Shown: positions 36,301 through 45,535, counted from the stretch's first letter. The stretch is DNA of 64,000 bases from Candidatus Eiseniibacteriota bacterium (GCA_031370645.1 JANMQV010000006.1:6473-70472); one strand, 5' to 3'. Notes: generated by a model not told the origin, from the letters alone. Translations and numbers: made by a program.

Positions 36301-37548
36301 GTAGAGCCGATTCGCCCCAATGTGAAGCCGGTGCACGTCCGTGGTCAAGAGCGGGGCGCTGCCGGACACCAACGCGGCGTCTCGCCCCGGGACGCGAAGG
36401 GGTGCCGTGACCGGCGGTCCTGATCCCCACGTGAGCCAGTAGGGCGCTTCGAACGTACGGAGCGCCTCTTTAAATTCCTCGCCGCCACCGCGCTTCAGGT
36501 CGAATCCGAAACCGAACGCGCCGGTGCCGTAGAAATAGAGGGTATCGGCGGGGTCGAACGAGCCGTCACCCTCCCCTTTCACCTCGATCGCGCACTCGCG
36601 AAGCGAATCGGGGACGAGATCGACGTCGACGCTCTCCGGAAGGTCTCCGGGAGAGGCGCGGAAGATTCGGAGCGTCGCGGGATCGATCGAACCGACCGCC
36701 ACGCCCGCGGTGGCGAGGTCGGCGGCCGTCACGCGATAGAGCCCGGTGCGCGTCGTTGCGAGGCGAACCCAAGGACGCGACGGATCGACGCGAAGCGGCC
36801 CGCCCGCGGCGGTGGCGCGAGGGGCGGGGGAACTCGAACGCATGGCGTAGCGCGGTCCCGCGGCGGCGTCCGGCTCGAGCGCCACGGCCCGAGCGCTCGC
36901 CCGCGGTGTGCTCCCCGCTCCCGGCGCCAGCGCCTCGACAGGACGCTCCCACGAGACGTCAAGCACCACGTCTTCGAACTGCCACGCGCTTCCGGTCGCC
37001 GGCTCCCACTGCACGGGCGCGAGTTCCACGGCGAGGATTCGCGTCCCTCCCACCGCCATCGGCGTGACCCGCCGAATCAGGTCGGCCGGCGGAGCCGCGG
37101 CATAGGCCGGCGAGGCGAGTGCCTCCCGCCAATCGCGAGTCCGCTGTCCTGCCCGCTCGCTCGGTTCCGTGACGAGCTTCGGTACCGGCGTCGGCCGGAT
37201 CGCGCCAAGAGGGCGCGTCGTACCGGGCGTCGCGCGGACGTGCGGTTCCACACCCCATGGCACGCGGAGCCATACCGTGCGCGTCGGAATCTGCGGCGCT
37301 CCGTCGGGCGCGGTGTCGGCCCCGCCGGGAAGGAGCACCTCATCGAGGGGGACTCCCTCGACGTCGCCGTGCACCACGACGGCTTCCCCGATCGGAACAC
37401 GGACGCGGTAGCCGAACGGGGTGGCGGCGGAGGTAACGAGCGCGGGAGGAAGCGACGCGGCGGCCGACGCGGAGGCCGCGGCTCCGCCGAGAATCGGGGC
37501 GGCGGCAATCGCGACCCATGCGAGGACGCCGGAGAAAAAGCGGCGCAT
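33394..37548 (-). CDS. porU: PorU-like T9SS C-terminal signal peptidase/sortase (peptidase C25, gingipain family) with its own T9SS CTD
   Basis: Real start at the internal MRRFFSGVLAWVAIAAAPILGGAAASASA (ATG at 37546-37548). About 1384 aa. C25-type segments ADYIVVAPPAF and WLVDYIGHGTDNFLADE...AIWCFMSCTVGRFD (catalytic His/Cys). C-terminal CTD LSQVFNYPNPFEKETYVHVRL...VQILTVAGRRV...GVYLIHVTAEA. Confidence 0.8.
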   Translation of the reverse strand: MRRFFSGVLAWVAIAAAPILGGAAASASAAASLPPALVTSAATPFGYRVRVPIGEAVVVHGDVEGVPLDEVLLPGGADTAPDGAPQIPTRTVWLRVPWGVEPHVRATPGTTRPLGAIRPTPVPKLVTEPSERAGQRTRDWREALASPAYAAAPPADLIRRVTPMAVGGTRILAVELAPVQWEPATGSAWQFEDVVLDVSWERPVEALAPGAGSTPRASARAVALEPDAAAGPRYAMRSSSPAPRATAAGGPLRVDPSRPWVRLATTRTGLYRVTAADLATAGVAVGSIDPATLRIFRASPGDLPESVDVDLVPDSLRECAIEVKGEGDGSFDPADTLYFYGTGAFGFGFDLKRGGGEEFKEALRTFEAPYWLTWGSGPPVTAPLRVPGRDAALVSGSAPLLTTDVHRLHIGANRLYQINLFLPGYTWERWFDRIIVEGNRIAYPLSLPGAVPGSAASLRLRLWGFNSSIGTSIPDHIARVTWNRALVDSAGWNFSLPQDLTGGGFAVGQSIRDTLEVGVPLINDPSDPNRSDAQYIAWFDVDYSRRLQATADTLFFAAPDSVAAGRFRYAVSAVSDSAAVRCYDRTDPDRPVRLFGGAWSGAPGAFTLTLEDSAGPGYRPRYALLSTTRALRPSAIALYAPPMGARTVSDLLDTANQADYIVVAPPAFLAAAESLATDRSRFLSGEANPIARVATTDRIFSQFAGGTPDVAALRNFLAYATRHWARPPLYVCLLGDASLDPLNYSGLRVIDQVPTYSRGHHTELQEQYSIEDWIVRLDGPGDQLLDLAIGRLPARTPEEALEMVRGKRRIYESNTSFDLARNRALLCADDAWKWSKPQQLDPVGLDHVRQMERKDRFHLPFPITREKVYLNDYAFSDSFKTSKPGAREAFIAAVNRQNWLVDYIGHGTDNFLADEQVFRSTDATRLTNTSFPAIWCFMSCTVGRFDEYRSGADGLAEILVRAPTVGAVAAVAATGEVFGTESSELNDRFVDQLFPLAPRVDSLTTVGLAWARAKNQSVNISARKYALLGEPGTLPPLPRGRGVWEKGALDSVLRGEQVTLRGHAINEDGSADTLAAGRARLRILGPPSRRIQTGSNGGNPGIAPYDLPGPLLYQGEVSLAAGTFAIQFTVPVDARVSGPGARLEALLEQAGGEGVGLAVDSLRIGQGLSPRIDVTPPTITLVAPPDTTYSPGDQVTIAIEDSSGIDLTGFDNAHAVFVLFDDAGTPINLTSAFVYQVGSGTRGSVILTLPPLATGPHRMEVHASDTYRNIGVASFVIEVAASAGGGGPLQLSQVFNYPNPFEKETYVHVRLSQPARLKVQILTVAGRRVREWSADGKAGENYLPWDGRDSGGENVAIGVYLIHVTAEAAGSGRVDAVGRALRTR

Positions 37549-37724
37549 CAGGTCCGTTCGATCTTCTCCGCTTCCTCGGGAAGCATGACGGGAACGCCGT
37601 CCACGACCGGATAGCGGAGTGCGCACGCTTCGCAGATCAGCTTGTCGGCCTCGCGATCGTACCGGAGATCGCCCCGGCAATTCGGGCAGACCAAAAGGGC
37701 GAGGAGCTCGTCGCTCAGCGGCAT
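37548..37724 (-). CDS. Trm112/YcaR (UPF0434) family small zinc-ribbon protein; absent from the supplied ORF track (58 aa)
   Basis: Reverse complement of 37548..37724 translates as MPLSDELLALLVCPNCRGDLRYDREADKLICEACALRYPVVDGVPVMLPEEAEKIERT. This is the Trm112p-like CPxC...CxxC...YPVxDGIPVML signature. GAAGGA sits 9 nt upstream of the ATG. The TGA stop overlaps the porU ATG by 1 nt. Confidence 0.7.
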   Translation of the reverse strand: MPLSDELLALLVCPNCRGDLRYDREADKLICEACALRYPVVDGVPVMLPEEAEKIERT

Positions 37725-37749
37725 CGGATCGGTCCTTCGTCGAAGAGGG

Positions 37750-38790
37750 TCAGAGCGCGGGCGGCATCGCGGCGCCGGCCGCCGGGGCGGAATCGAGAGA
37801 GGTGCCCTCCGGAGGGCTCGCCACGGCGACCGCCTCCTCGAGATACACCCCCATCTTCAAGTATTTCTCCAGCCGCCGGTCGAGAAGTTCCTGCTTCGGC
37901 AGCCCGAGGAGGGAACGGATGTGGCGGAGAACCGCGTCCTTGAGTCGAATCGCCGTCTCGTCGGGATCGCGGTGTGCGCCTCCCAGCGGTTCCGGGATGA
38001 TCTCGTCGATCACGTGCAGTTCGAGGAGATCCTTCGCCGTCAACTTCAGGGCCTCGGCCGCCTGTTCCGCCTTCGAGGCGTCCTTCCAGAGGATCGCGGC
38101 ACACCCCTCCGGCGTGATGACCGAGTAGATCGAATTCTCCATCATCATGACGACGTCGCCGACGGCGAGGGCCAACGCACCGCCGGAGCCGCCCTCGCCG
38201 ATTACCACCGTGACGATCGGCACGGGGAGATGCGCCATCTCGAGAATGTTTCGCGCCAGGGCCTCCGACTGGCCGCGCTCTTCCGCGCCGAGCCCGGGGT
38301 ACGCCCCCGGCGTATCGACCAGTGTCACGATCGGAAGGCCGAAGGAGGCGGCCGTCTTCATGATGCGAAGCGCCTTCCGGTACCCCTCCGGGTGCGCCAT
38401 GCCGAAATTCCGGTAGATGTTCTCCTTCGTGTCGCGCCCCTTCTGGTGCCCCATGAGCACGAGCGGGAGATCGTCCACAACGGCGAAACCCGCGACGATG
38501 GCGGGATCCTCCCCGAAGCGCCTGTCTCCATGGAGCTCCATGAATCCGGGCGCGATCTGTTTGATGTAGTCGAGGGTGTAGGGGCGGCGCGGATGGCGCG
38601 CCAGTTTCACGCGCTGCCAGCGCGTCAGTTTCGCGTAGATGTCGTGGCGAAGCCGATCGGCCTGGCGTTCGAGCTTTTGCAGCTCGTCCATGGCCTTCGG
38701 ATTTTCGGGCGTGGCGAGCCCGCGGAGGTCTTCGATCTTTCGCTCGATCTCGACGATCGGCTTTTCGAAATCGAGCCACGTCCCGTTCAT
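37750..38790 (-). CDS. accA: Acetyl-CoA carboxylase carboxyltransferase alpha subunit
   Basis: 346 aa. MNGTWLDFEKPIVEIERKIEDL N-terminus. TPGAYPGLGAEERGQSEA and IGEGGSGGALA motifs. Confidence 0.9.
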   Translation of the reverse strand: MNGTWLDFEKPIVEIERKIEDLRGLATPENPKAMDELQKLERQADRLRHDIYAKLTRWQRVKLARHPRRPYTLDYIKQIAPGFMELHGDRRFGEDPAIVAGFAVVDDLPLVLMGHQKGRDTKENIYRNFGMAHPEGYRKALRIMKTAASFGLPIVTLVDTPGAYPGLGAEERGQSEALARNILEMAHLPVPIVTVVIGEGGSGGALALAVGDVVMMMENSIYSVITPEGCAAILWKDASKAEQAAEALKLTAKDLLELHVIDEIIPEPLGGAHRDPDETAIRLKDAVLRHIRSLLGLPKQELLDRRLEKYLKMGVYLEEAVAVASPPEGTSLDSAPAAGAAMPPAL

Positions 38791-38809
38791 GTCGCCCTCC
38801 CGGCCTCGG

Positions 38810-41800
38810 CTAGACCGCGACTGCTTCCGCTTCGGGATCGGGATCCGCGAGGCGGACCGCGTCGGCGCCGAGCCTTGCCCGAAGCGCCTGGATCAGCTCC
38901 TCGCACGGATTCGCGAGCAGCGTCTTCGCGCGGATCACCGCCCGCGACCCGTCCGCGCCCCGCACCGTGAAGTATACCGGGCTCTCGCCGGGATGGCGCA
39001 GCAGGAGTGCGCGCACCGCGTCGAGCGGCTGTCCCGAACTCGACTCGTCGATCTCGAGATAGAGCGCACGCGCCTTCGCGGGATCGGGAACCGCCACGAC
39101 CCGAGCCGCAAGAAGCACCATCTTCGGATCGGCCTCGTCGCGGAGATTGACGCGTCCCTTCACTTCCAGCACCGCACCCGGCACGATGACCGAGCGCGAC
39201 TTCTCCCAGAGGTCGTTGAAGCAGGTCGCTTCCACCGTACCTTCTAGATCTTCGATCGTGATGAATGCCATGGCCCGCTTGTTCCGGTCCATGTGCGTCT
39301 TCACTGAGGCGACGATTCCGAGGAGCGGCACCTCGTCGCCCTCCTTCCGTTCGCGAAGGCCGAGCGTCGTCGAGCCGCCGCGAGCCTCGAGCATGGCGAG
39401 AAGCGGGCGATAGGCGGCGAGCGGGTGATCGGAGAAATAGAAGCCGAGCACTTCTTTCTCCCGGCGAAGCCGCTCCTCGAGCCCCCAGGGCGCCGTGTTC
39501 GGGAGGGGCGGGTCCTGCATGACCGCCACTTCGCCCGCGCCGAAGAGACTCTCCTGGGCCAGGTCGACGCCGCGCGCCTGCCCCTGCGCGCGCGAGAGGA
39601 GTTCCCCCACCGCTTCCAGAAGCTGCGACCGGTCGCCACCGAGGCGGTCGGACGCCCCCGCCTGTATGAGCGATTCGAGAACGCGGCGATTGATGGCGCT
39701 CAGGTCGACGCGCCGGATGAGGTCGCCGAGCGACTGGAAGGGGCCGCCCTCCTCTCGGGCCCGGACGATCGCTTCGACCGATCCCTGCCCCACGTTCTTC
39801 ACGGCCGCGAGGCCGAAACGGATGCCGTCCCCTTCGAGCGCGAACTCCGTGCGGCTCGCGTTCACATCGGGCGGATGAACCGTGATGCCGAGGCGCCTCG
39901 CTTCGTCCACGAGCGTCACGATCCGGTCGGTGTTCCCGATTTCGCTCGTGAGCGACGCGGCCAGGTAGGCGGCCGGATGGTGCGTCTTCAGCCACGCCGC
40001 CTGATACGAGAGCGCGGCGTACGCGGTCGAGTGCGCCCGCACGAAGCCGTAGCCGGCGAACTTCTCCATGAGGTCGAAAATCTCGCCCGCCTTCTTCGCC
40101 GGACAGTTGTTCTTCTCCGCGCCCTCGACGAAGGACGACTTCATGCGGGTCATCTCCTCCGGCATCTTCTTTCCCATGGCCCGCCGAAGGAGATCTGCTT
40201 GCGCGAGGGAGAAGCCGGCGAGCCGGTTGGCCACCTGCATGACCTGGTCCTGGTAGACGATGACGCCGTACGTCGGCTTGAGGATCGCCTCGAGCGTCGG
40301 ATGGGGATAGACGACCTTCGCCCGTCCGTGCTTCCGCTTCACGAAGTCGTCGATCATTCCCGACTGGATCGGCCCCGGGCGGAAGAGCGCGTTGATGGCG
40401 ATGATGTCTTCGAACGTGTCGGGGGCGACCTTCCGGAGCAGATCCCGCATGCCGGACGATTCCAATTGGAAGATGCCGATCGTCTGCGCGCTCTGGAAGA
40501 GTTTGTAGGTCGGTTCGTCGTCGAGCGGCAAGGCGGCCAGCTCGACTCGCGTTCCGGTCGACTCCTCGACCATGCGCGTGGCGTCCTCGAGCACCGTCAG
40601 CGTGCGAAGCCCGAGGAAGTCCATCTTGAGGAGCCCCACCTTCTCCACCGATTTCATGTCGAACTGGGTCGTCACATCCCCCTTCGACGATTTGAAGATC
40701 GGGACGAAATCGGAGAGAGCCCCCGGCGCGATGACGACCCCCGCCGCGTGCGTGGAAGCGTGCCGCGCCAAGCCTTCGAGCGCGAGCGACGCACGGATCA
40801 ACTTGGCGTAGCGCTCATCCTGCTTCTGGAGCGCCTTCAGCTCGGGAACGATCTCGAGCGCCTTCGGGAGCGTCATCCCCAGATCGCCCGGGACCATCTT
40901 CGCCACCTTGTCGACCTCGGCGTAGGAGAGCCCGATGGCGCGACCGACGTCTCGGACCACGGCGCGCGCGGCCATCGTTCCGAACGTGATGATCTGGCTC
41001 ACCGAATCGCGGCCGTACCGCTGGATGACGTAGTTGATCACCTTCTCGCGATGTTCGTACGCGAAGTCGATATCGATATCGGGCATCGTCACGCGCTCGG
41101 GATTCAAGAAGCGCTCGAAGAGGAGGTTGAAGCGGAGCGGATCGACGTCGGTGATTCCGAGCGAGTAGGAGACGAGGCTTCCGGCGGCCGAACCGCGGCC
41201 GGGCCCGACGCCGATGCCGTTTCGCCGCGCGTAGTCCGTGAAATCGCGGACGATGAGGAAGTAGCGCGCGTAGCCGACCTGGCAGATCGTCTTCAGTTCG
41301 TATTCGAGCCGCTCCTCGATCTCGGGCGTGACGGCGGGGAAGCGCCGCTTCACGCCCTCCCACGCGAGGTGGCGGAGGTAGAGGTCCTCGTGCTCGAACT
41401 CGGGCGGAAGCGGGAACGCCGGCAGATCGACGCGCTCGCCCTCCAGCTTGAAGTCGCAGCGCTCGGCGGCGACGACGGTGTTCCTCAGGACGTCGGGGAC
41501 ACCATCGAAGAGCGCCGCCATCTCCTCTGGCGATTTCACGTAGACCTGGTCGGTCGCGAATTTGAACCGGTCGGCGTCGAGGAGTGTTTTCCCGGTCTGG
41601 ATGCAGAGAAGGATCTCGTGCGCCTCGGAGTCCTCGCGCGCCAGGTAGTGGCAGTCGTTCGTCGCGAGGACCGGAATGCCCATTTCGCGGCCGAGCTCCA
41701 AGAGCCCCTTCGCCACGACCTGTTCCTCGGGAATCCCGTGGTCCTGCACTTCCAGGAAGTAGTTCTCCGCGCCGTAGAGGTCGCGGTACCAGGCGGCCGA

Positions 41801-42280
41801 CTTCTTCGCCGCCGCCAACTCTCCCTCCACAATGCGCTGCGGGACCTCGCCGCGGAGGCAGGCGCTCAGACAGAGGAGACCGCCCGCGTGCGCCGCGAGC
41901 GTTTCCTTGTCGACGCGGGGCTTGTAGTGGAAACCCTCCAGGTATCCGATGGAGGATATCTTCATCAGATTGCGGTACCCCTCCCGGTTTCGCGCCAGGA
42001 GGACGAGATGGTCGTACGCGCCCTTGCCGTCGGCCGTGCGCGTCTTCTCCCCGCGCGCGCCGTGCGAGACATAGACCTCGCAGCCGATGATCGGCTTGAT
42101 GCCGGCGGCCTTCGAGGCTTGGTAGAACTCGACCGCGCCGAACATGTTGCCGTGATCGGTGATGGCGAGCGCGGGCATGCCGAAGCCCTTCGCGCGCGCG
42201 ACGAGGCGATCGATTCGGCAAGCGCCGTCGAGCAGCGAATAGTCGCTATGGTTGTGCAGGTGAATGAAGTCGACGCTCAT
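38810..42280 (-). CDS. dnaE: DNA polymerase III alpha subunit
   Basis: 1156 aa. PHP domain FIHLHNHSDYSLLDG...ITDHGNMFG. Polymerase core and OB-fold are typical of DnaE. Confidence 0.95.
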   Translation of the reverse strand: MSVDFIHLHNHSDYSLLDGACRIDRLVARAKGFGMPALAITDHGNMFGAVEFYQASKAAGIKPIIGCEVYVSHGARGEKTRTADGKGAYDHLVLLARNREGYRNLMKISSIGYLEGFHYKPRVDKETLAAHAGGLLCLSACLRGEVPQRIVEGELAAAKKSAAWYRDLYGAENYFLEVQDHGIPEEQVVAKGLLELGREMGIPVLATNDCHYLAREDSEAHEILLCIQTGKTLLDADRFKFATDQVYVKSPEEMAALFDGVPDVLRNTVVAAERCDFKLEGERVDLPAFPLPPEFEHEDLYLRHLAWEGVKRRFPAVTPEIEERLEYELKTICQVGYARYFLIVRDFTDYARRNGIGVGPGRGSAAGSLVSYSLGITDVDPLRFNLLFERFLNPERVTMPDIDIDFAYEHREKVINYVIQRYGRDSVSQIITFGTMAARAVVRDVGRAIGLSYAEVDKVAKMVPGDLGMTLPKALEIVPELKALQKQDERYAKLIRASLALEGLARHASTHAAGVVIAPGALSDFVPIFKSSKGDVTTQFDMKSVEKVGLLKMDFLGLRTLTVLEDATRMVEESTGTRVELAALPLDDEPTYKLFQSAQTIGIFQLESSGMRDLLRKVAPDTFEDIIAINALFRPGPIQSGMIDDFVKRKHGRAKVVYPHPTLEAILKPTYGVIVYQDQVMQVANRLAGFSLAQADLLRRAMGKKMPEEMTRMKSSFVEGAEKNNCPAKKAGEIFDLMEKFAGYGFVRAHSTAYAALSYQAAWLKTHHPAAYLAASLTSEIGNTDRIVTLVDEARRLGITVHPPDVNASRTEFALEGDGIRFGLAAVKNVGQGSVEAIVRAREEGGPFQSLGDLIRRVDLSAINRRVLESLIQAGASDRLGGDRSQLLEAVGELLSRAQGQARGVDLAQESLFGAGEVAVMQDPPLPNTAPWGLEERLRREKEVLGFYFSDHPLAAYRPLLAMLEARGGSTTLGLRERKEGDEVPLLGIVASVKTHMDRNKRAMAFITIEDLEGTVEATCFNDLWEKSRSVIVPGAVLEVKGRVNLRDEADPKMVLLAARVVAVPDPAKARALYLEIDESSSGQPLDAVRALLLRHPGESPVYFTVRGADGSRAVIRAKTLLANPCEELIQALRARLGADAVRLADPDPEAEAVAV

Positions 42281-42399
42281 GGTCGTGGAGCGCCCGGCCC
42301 GGTCGGGGCGGGCACCGGTCTGCAGTCTACTCGATCGGCGGTCGGACGCGGCCGCATTTTCCCGCCCCTCCGATTCGAGTGATGTGGTAGAAACGCGAG

Positions 42400-42999
42400 A
42401 TGAACACGACCGTATCGTTGATCGGCGCCGCCGCGCTCGGCGCTCCCACCGCGGATGACCGGAAGCGCCTTTTCGACATCCTCTTGGAGCGCTCGCTCCG
42501 ATTCGGCGACTTCACGCTCTCGTCGGGCGCGAAGAGCAAATACTACATCGACGTCCGCCAGACGAGCCTCCACCCGGAGGGCTCCCTTCTCATCGCCAAG
42601 TTCCTCTATCCGCTGATGAAAGAAGCGGGAGTCGAGGGAGTCGGCGGCCTGACGCTCGGCGCGGACCCGATCGCGGGCGCCGTCGCGCTCTGGAGCCAGT
42701 TGCAGGGAACGCCGATGTCGGGATTCATCGTCCGGAAGGAAGCGAAGTCGCACGGCGCCGCGCGTCAAGTGGAGGGGCCGTTTCACTCGGGCATGAAAGT
42801 CGCCGTCGTGGACGACGTCATCACGAAGGGCGGCTCGGCGCTCCTCGCCTTCGAGGCGGTGCGGGCCGCGGGAGCCGACGTGAGGTTGGTGGCGTGCGTG
42901 GTCGACCGCGGCGAAGGAGGTCCGGAGGAATTCGGGTCGCGCGGCGTGCCGTTCCACTCCGTCTTCCATATTCAGGAATTTCTCGAAGGGCGCGTCTAG
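42400..42999 (+). CDS. pyrE: Orotate phosphoribosyltransferase
   Basis: 199 aa. FGDFTLSSGAKSKYYIDVR and PRPP-binding VAVVDDVITKGGS motifs. Exact start uncertain. Confidence 0.85.
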   Translation: MNTTVSLIGAAALGAPTADDRKRLFDILLERSLRFGDFTLSSGAKSKYYIDVRQTSLHPEGSLLIAKFLYPLMKEAGVEGVGGLTLGADPIAGAVALWSQLQGTPMSGFIVRKEAKSHGAARQVEGPFHSGMKVAVVDDVITKGGSALLAFEAVRAAGADVRLVACVVDRGEGGPEEFGSRGVPFHSVFHIQEFLEGRV

Positions 43000-43039
43000 C
43001 ACCCGCCACGTTCGAAGCTCCACGCTTCGATCAGCGCTT

Positions 43040-45535
43040 CTAGAGGTTCGTGCCTTCTTCTCCCGGCGCGGGCTCTTGCGGCGTCTCATCCTGCGGCGGC
43101 TCCGGCCCCTCCCCGACCGGTGGCGCTCCTTCCTGAGCATCCTCGCCCCACATCCCGGCGCCCGTGCTGTCCATCCAGGCCGGCGGGTGGAAGACGCCAC
43201 AGACTTGGCGCGGCTCCGTCTTCGGCACGAAGGCGGCGCGCATGACGCGCGGACATTCGGCGCCCGCGCGATACCCCGTTTCCGCGTCGATCCAGACCTC
43301 CACCACGCCGGGCGGCGCTTCGAAGTCGGCCACCGGCTTCCCTCGATGCGCCACCTCCATGAAGCGCGCCCAAATCGGAACGGCGGCCTGCGTCCCGGTG
43401 AGCCCGAGCCGTCTCCCCTTGTCGCATCCGACCCAAACGCCGCAGGCGAGCTGCGGCGTGTAGCCGATGAACCAGGCGTCGTTCTCGTCGCTCGTGGTCC
43501 CCGTCTTCCCCGCCGCCGGGCGGACGAACCCGAACTGGCTCCGAATGCCCGCCGCCGTGCCGTAGATGACGGGTCCTTGCAGGAGCACCGTTCCCATGTA
43601 GGCCGTCTCGGGGCGGATCACGCGCTTCTGCTCGCGCTTCGGCGACCATCGCACGTTTCCGCCGCGATCGAGGACCGCCCGAACGGAGATCGGCTTCGCC
43701 ATCGTCCCCCCGTTCGCGAGCGCGGCGTACGCACGCGTCATTTCCAAAACTGAAACTTCGCATGCCCCGAGCGCAAGCGAGGGAACGTTTCGGAGCCTGC
43801 TCTCCACCCCGAGCGTCTTCGCCATCTGGATCACCTTCGGAATGCCGACCTCGAGTTCCAGGTGAACGGTGGCCACGTTGAGCGAGCGCGCCAGGGCGCG
43901 GGCCGCCGTCACGCGCCCCTCGTAGACGTCCTCGAAATTTCGCGGCGCCCACGGACCGATGTCGGTCACGAACGTGTCGGGGAGATCCTCGAGCAGCGTG
44001 GCCGCGGTCAGGGGAGGACGCCTGCCTTGGAACGGCGTGTCGAGCGCGGCGAGATAGACGAACGGCTTGAACGCGGAACCGGGCTGGCGGCGGGAATCGA
44101 CCGCACGATTGTAGGAGCTCTCGGCATAGTTTCGTCCGCCGACCATCGCCCGCACGTACCCGGTGGACGGTTCCATGGCGAAGAGCGACGCCTGAGCCGG
44201 ATTTCGCTCCGACCCTCCTAGCGGCGAGCGCCAATCCGCCTCGCGCGCCCCGTCTCGAACGAGGCGCTCCGCGGCGGCCTGCATGCGCGAGTCGAGCGTC
44301 GTGAAAATGGCGAAGCCACGCGCGTTCAGGTCGGCCTCCGCAATGTCCCGCGAGAGCGCTTCCCGGACGTAGTCGATGAAGTAGGGGGCCTTCGTCGTGG
44401 GAGGCGGGTTCGGAGCGAAGCGCATCGGCTGGCGCCGGAACTTGTTCGCCTCGTCCTTTCCGAGCCAGCCGCACTCGACCATGTTCGTCAGGACTTCGTT
44501 CCGGCGCTCGATCGCCGCCTCGGGATCGCGATAGGGCGAGAGGCGATTCGGCGCGGGGATGATGCCGGCCAGGAGCGCCCCTTCCGGCACGGTCAGTTCG
44601 CGCGCGTGCTTGTTGAAGTAGAAGAGCGCCGCTTCCTCCACACCGCAGAGACTCCAGGAGCCCCGCTGCCCGAGATAGATCTGGTTCAAATAGAACTCGA
44701 GGATCTCCTCCTTGGAATAGCGAAGCTCCAGCATCACGGCAAGGAGCGCTTCGTGGAACTTGCGGAAGATGTTCCGCTCCCGGGAGAGAAAGAGATTCTT
44801 CGCGAGCTGCTGAGAGAGCGTGCTCCCGCCTTCCACGACGCCGCCGGCGCGAACGTTTCGAACCGTCGCGCGGCCGAGGCCGAGGAGATCGATCCCCCAA
44901 TGCCGGAAGAAGCGCCGGTCTTCGCTCGCCACGACGGCTTGCACGACGTGGCGCGGAATCTCGTTCAACGGGACGAAGGAGCGTCGTTCCCGCTCCGTGT
45001 CCGAGAATTCGGCTAGGAGTTCCGGCTCGACGCGCAAGATGCCGCGCGGGTGCGGCTCGTCGAAACCCTCCGTCAGCGTCGTCAGCGCGCCGTTCACGAG
45101 CGTGGCGGAGACTTCCCCGCCCCGCTCGACCGTCTCGGGAAAGGTGAATGCCCGAAGTCGGATCTCGTAAGTCTCGCCTCGCACGCGGTAGTCCCCCGGC
45201 GCGGCGGGCTTCTTCCAGACTCGTCGGTAGCGCGCGCGGTCCAACGCGTCGCGGAGATCGTCCTCCGCGAGCCGGTCCCCGATCTTCCATTCGCGCCAAT
45301 CGGCATAGACGCGGGTCGGGAATTTCCAACCCTTCCCAGCGTAGCGATCGGAGCCGATGGCGGAGAGACGAAACCAGTCGTAGCCAAGAAATCCAACGAC
45401 CAGGAGGAGAAGGAAGAGAAACCACCGGGCGCGTCCCGCGGGAAGCCACGACGGTCTCCAGGTCCAACGCGGAGGAGACGGAGTGCGGTCGCGTCGCGAC
45501 GTACCGCCGGAAGGGGGCGAGGTCGAGGGGGTCAC
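43040..45535 (-). CDS. mrcA: Class A penicillin-binding protein (bifunctional transglycosylase/transpeptidase, PBP1A)
   Basis: 831 aa. N-terminal TM anchor. GT51 motifs EDRRFFRHWGID and GGSTLSQQLAKN. Transpeptidase SxxK/KTG motifs (KTGTT). Pro/Glu-rich C-terminal tail. Confidence 0.9.
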   Translation of the reverse strand: MTPSTSPPSGGTSRRDRTPSPPRWTWRPSWLPAGRARWFLFLLLLVVGFLGYDWFRLSAIGSDRYAGKGWKFPTRVYADWREWKIGDRLAEDDLRDALDRARYRRVWKKPAAPGDYRVRGETYEIRLRAFTFPETVERGGEVSATLVNGALTTLTEGFDEPHPRGILRVEPELLAEFSDTERERRSFVPLNEIPRHVVQAVVASEDRRFFRHWGIDLLGLGRATVRNVRAGGVVEGGSTLSQQLAKNLFLSRERNIFRKFHEALLAVMLELRYSKEEILEFYLNQIYLGQRGSWSLCGVEEAALFYFNKHARELTVPEGALLAGIIPAPNRLSPYRDPEAAIERRNEVLTNMVECGWLGKDEANKFRRQPMRFAPNPPPTTKAPYFIDYVREALSRDIAEADLNARGFAIFTTLDSRMQAAAERLVRDGAREADWRSPLGGSERNPAQASLFAMEPSTGYVRAMVGGRNYAESSYNRAVDSRRQPGSAFKPFVYLAALDTPFQGRRPPLTAATLLEDLPDTFVTDIGPWAPRNFEDVYEGRVTAARALARSLNVATVHLELEVGIPKVIQMAKTLGVESRLRNVPSLALGACEVSVLEMTRAYAALANGGTMAKPISVRAVLDRGGNVRWSPKREQKRVIRPETAYMGTVLLQGPVIYGTAAGIRSQFGFVRPAAGKTGTTSDENDAWFIGYTPQLACGVWVGCDKGRRLGLTGTQAAVPIWARFMEVAHRGKPVADFEAPPGVVEVWIDAETGYRAGAECPRVMRAAFVPKTEPRQVCGVFHPPAWMDSTGAGMWGEDAQEGAPPVGEGPEPPQDETPQEPAPGEEGTNL

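Noticed and set aside
39425-42382. 985-aa plus-strand ORF and the 468-aa minus ORF 40815..42221
   Set aside because: Antisense or alternate frame relative to dnaE, whose frame carries unambiguous Pol III alpha motifs.
43086-45467. 793-aa alternate-frame ORF over the PBP1A gene
   Set aside because: Shares a strand but not a frame with mrcA. It has no transglycosylase or transpeptidase motifs.
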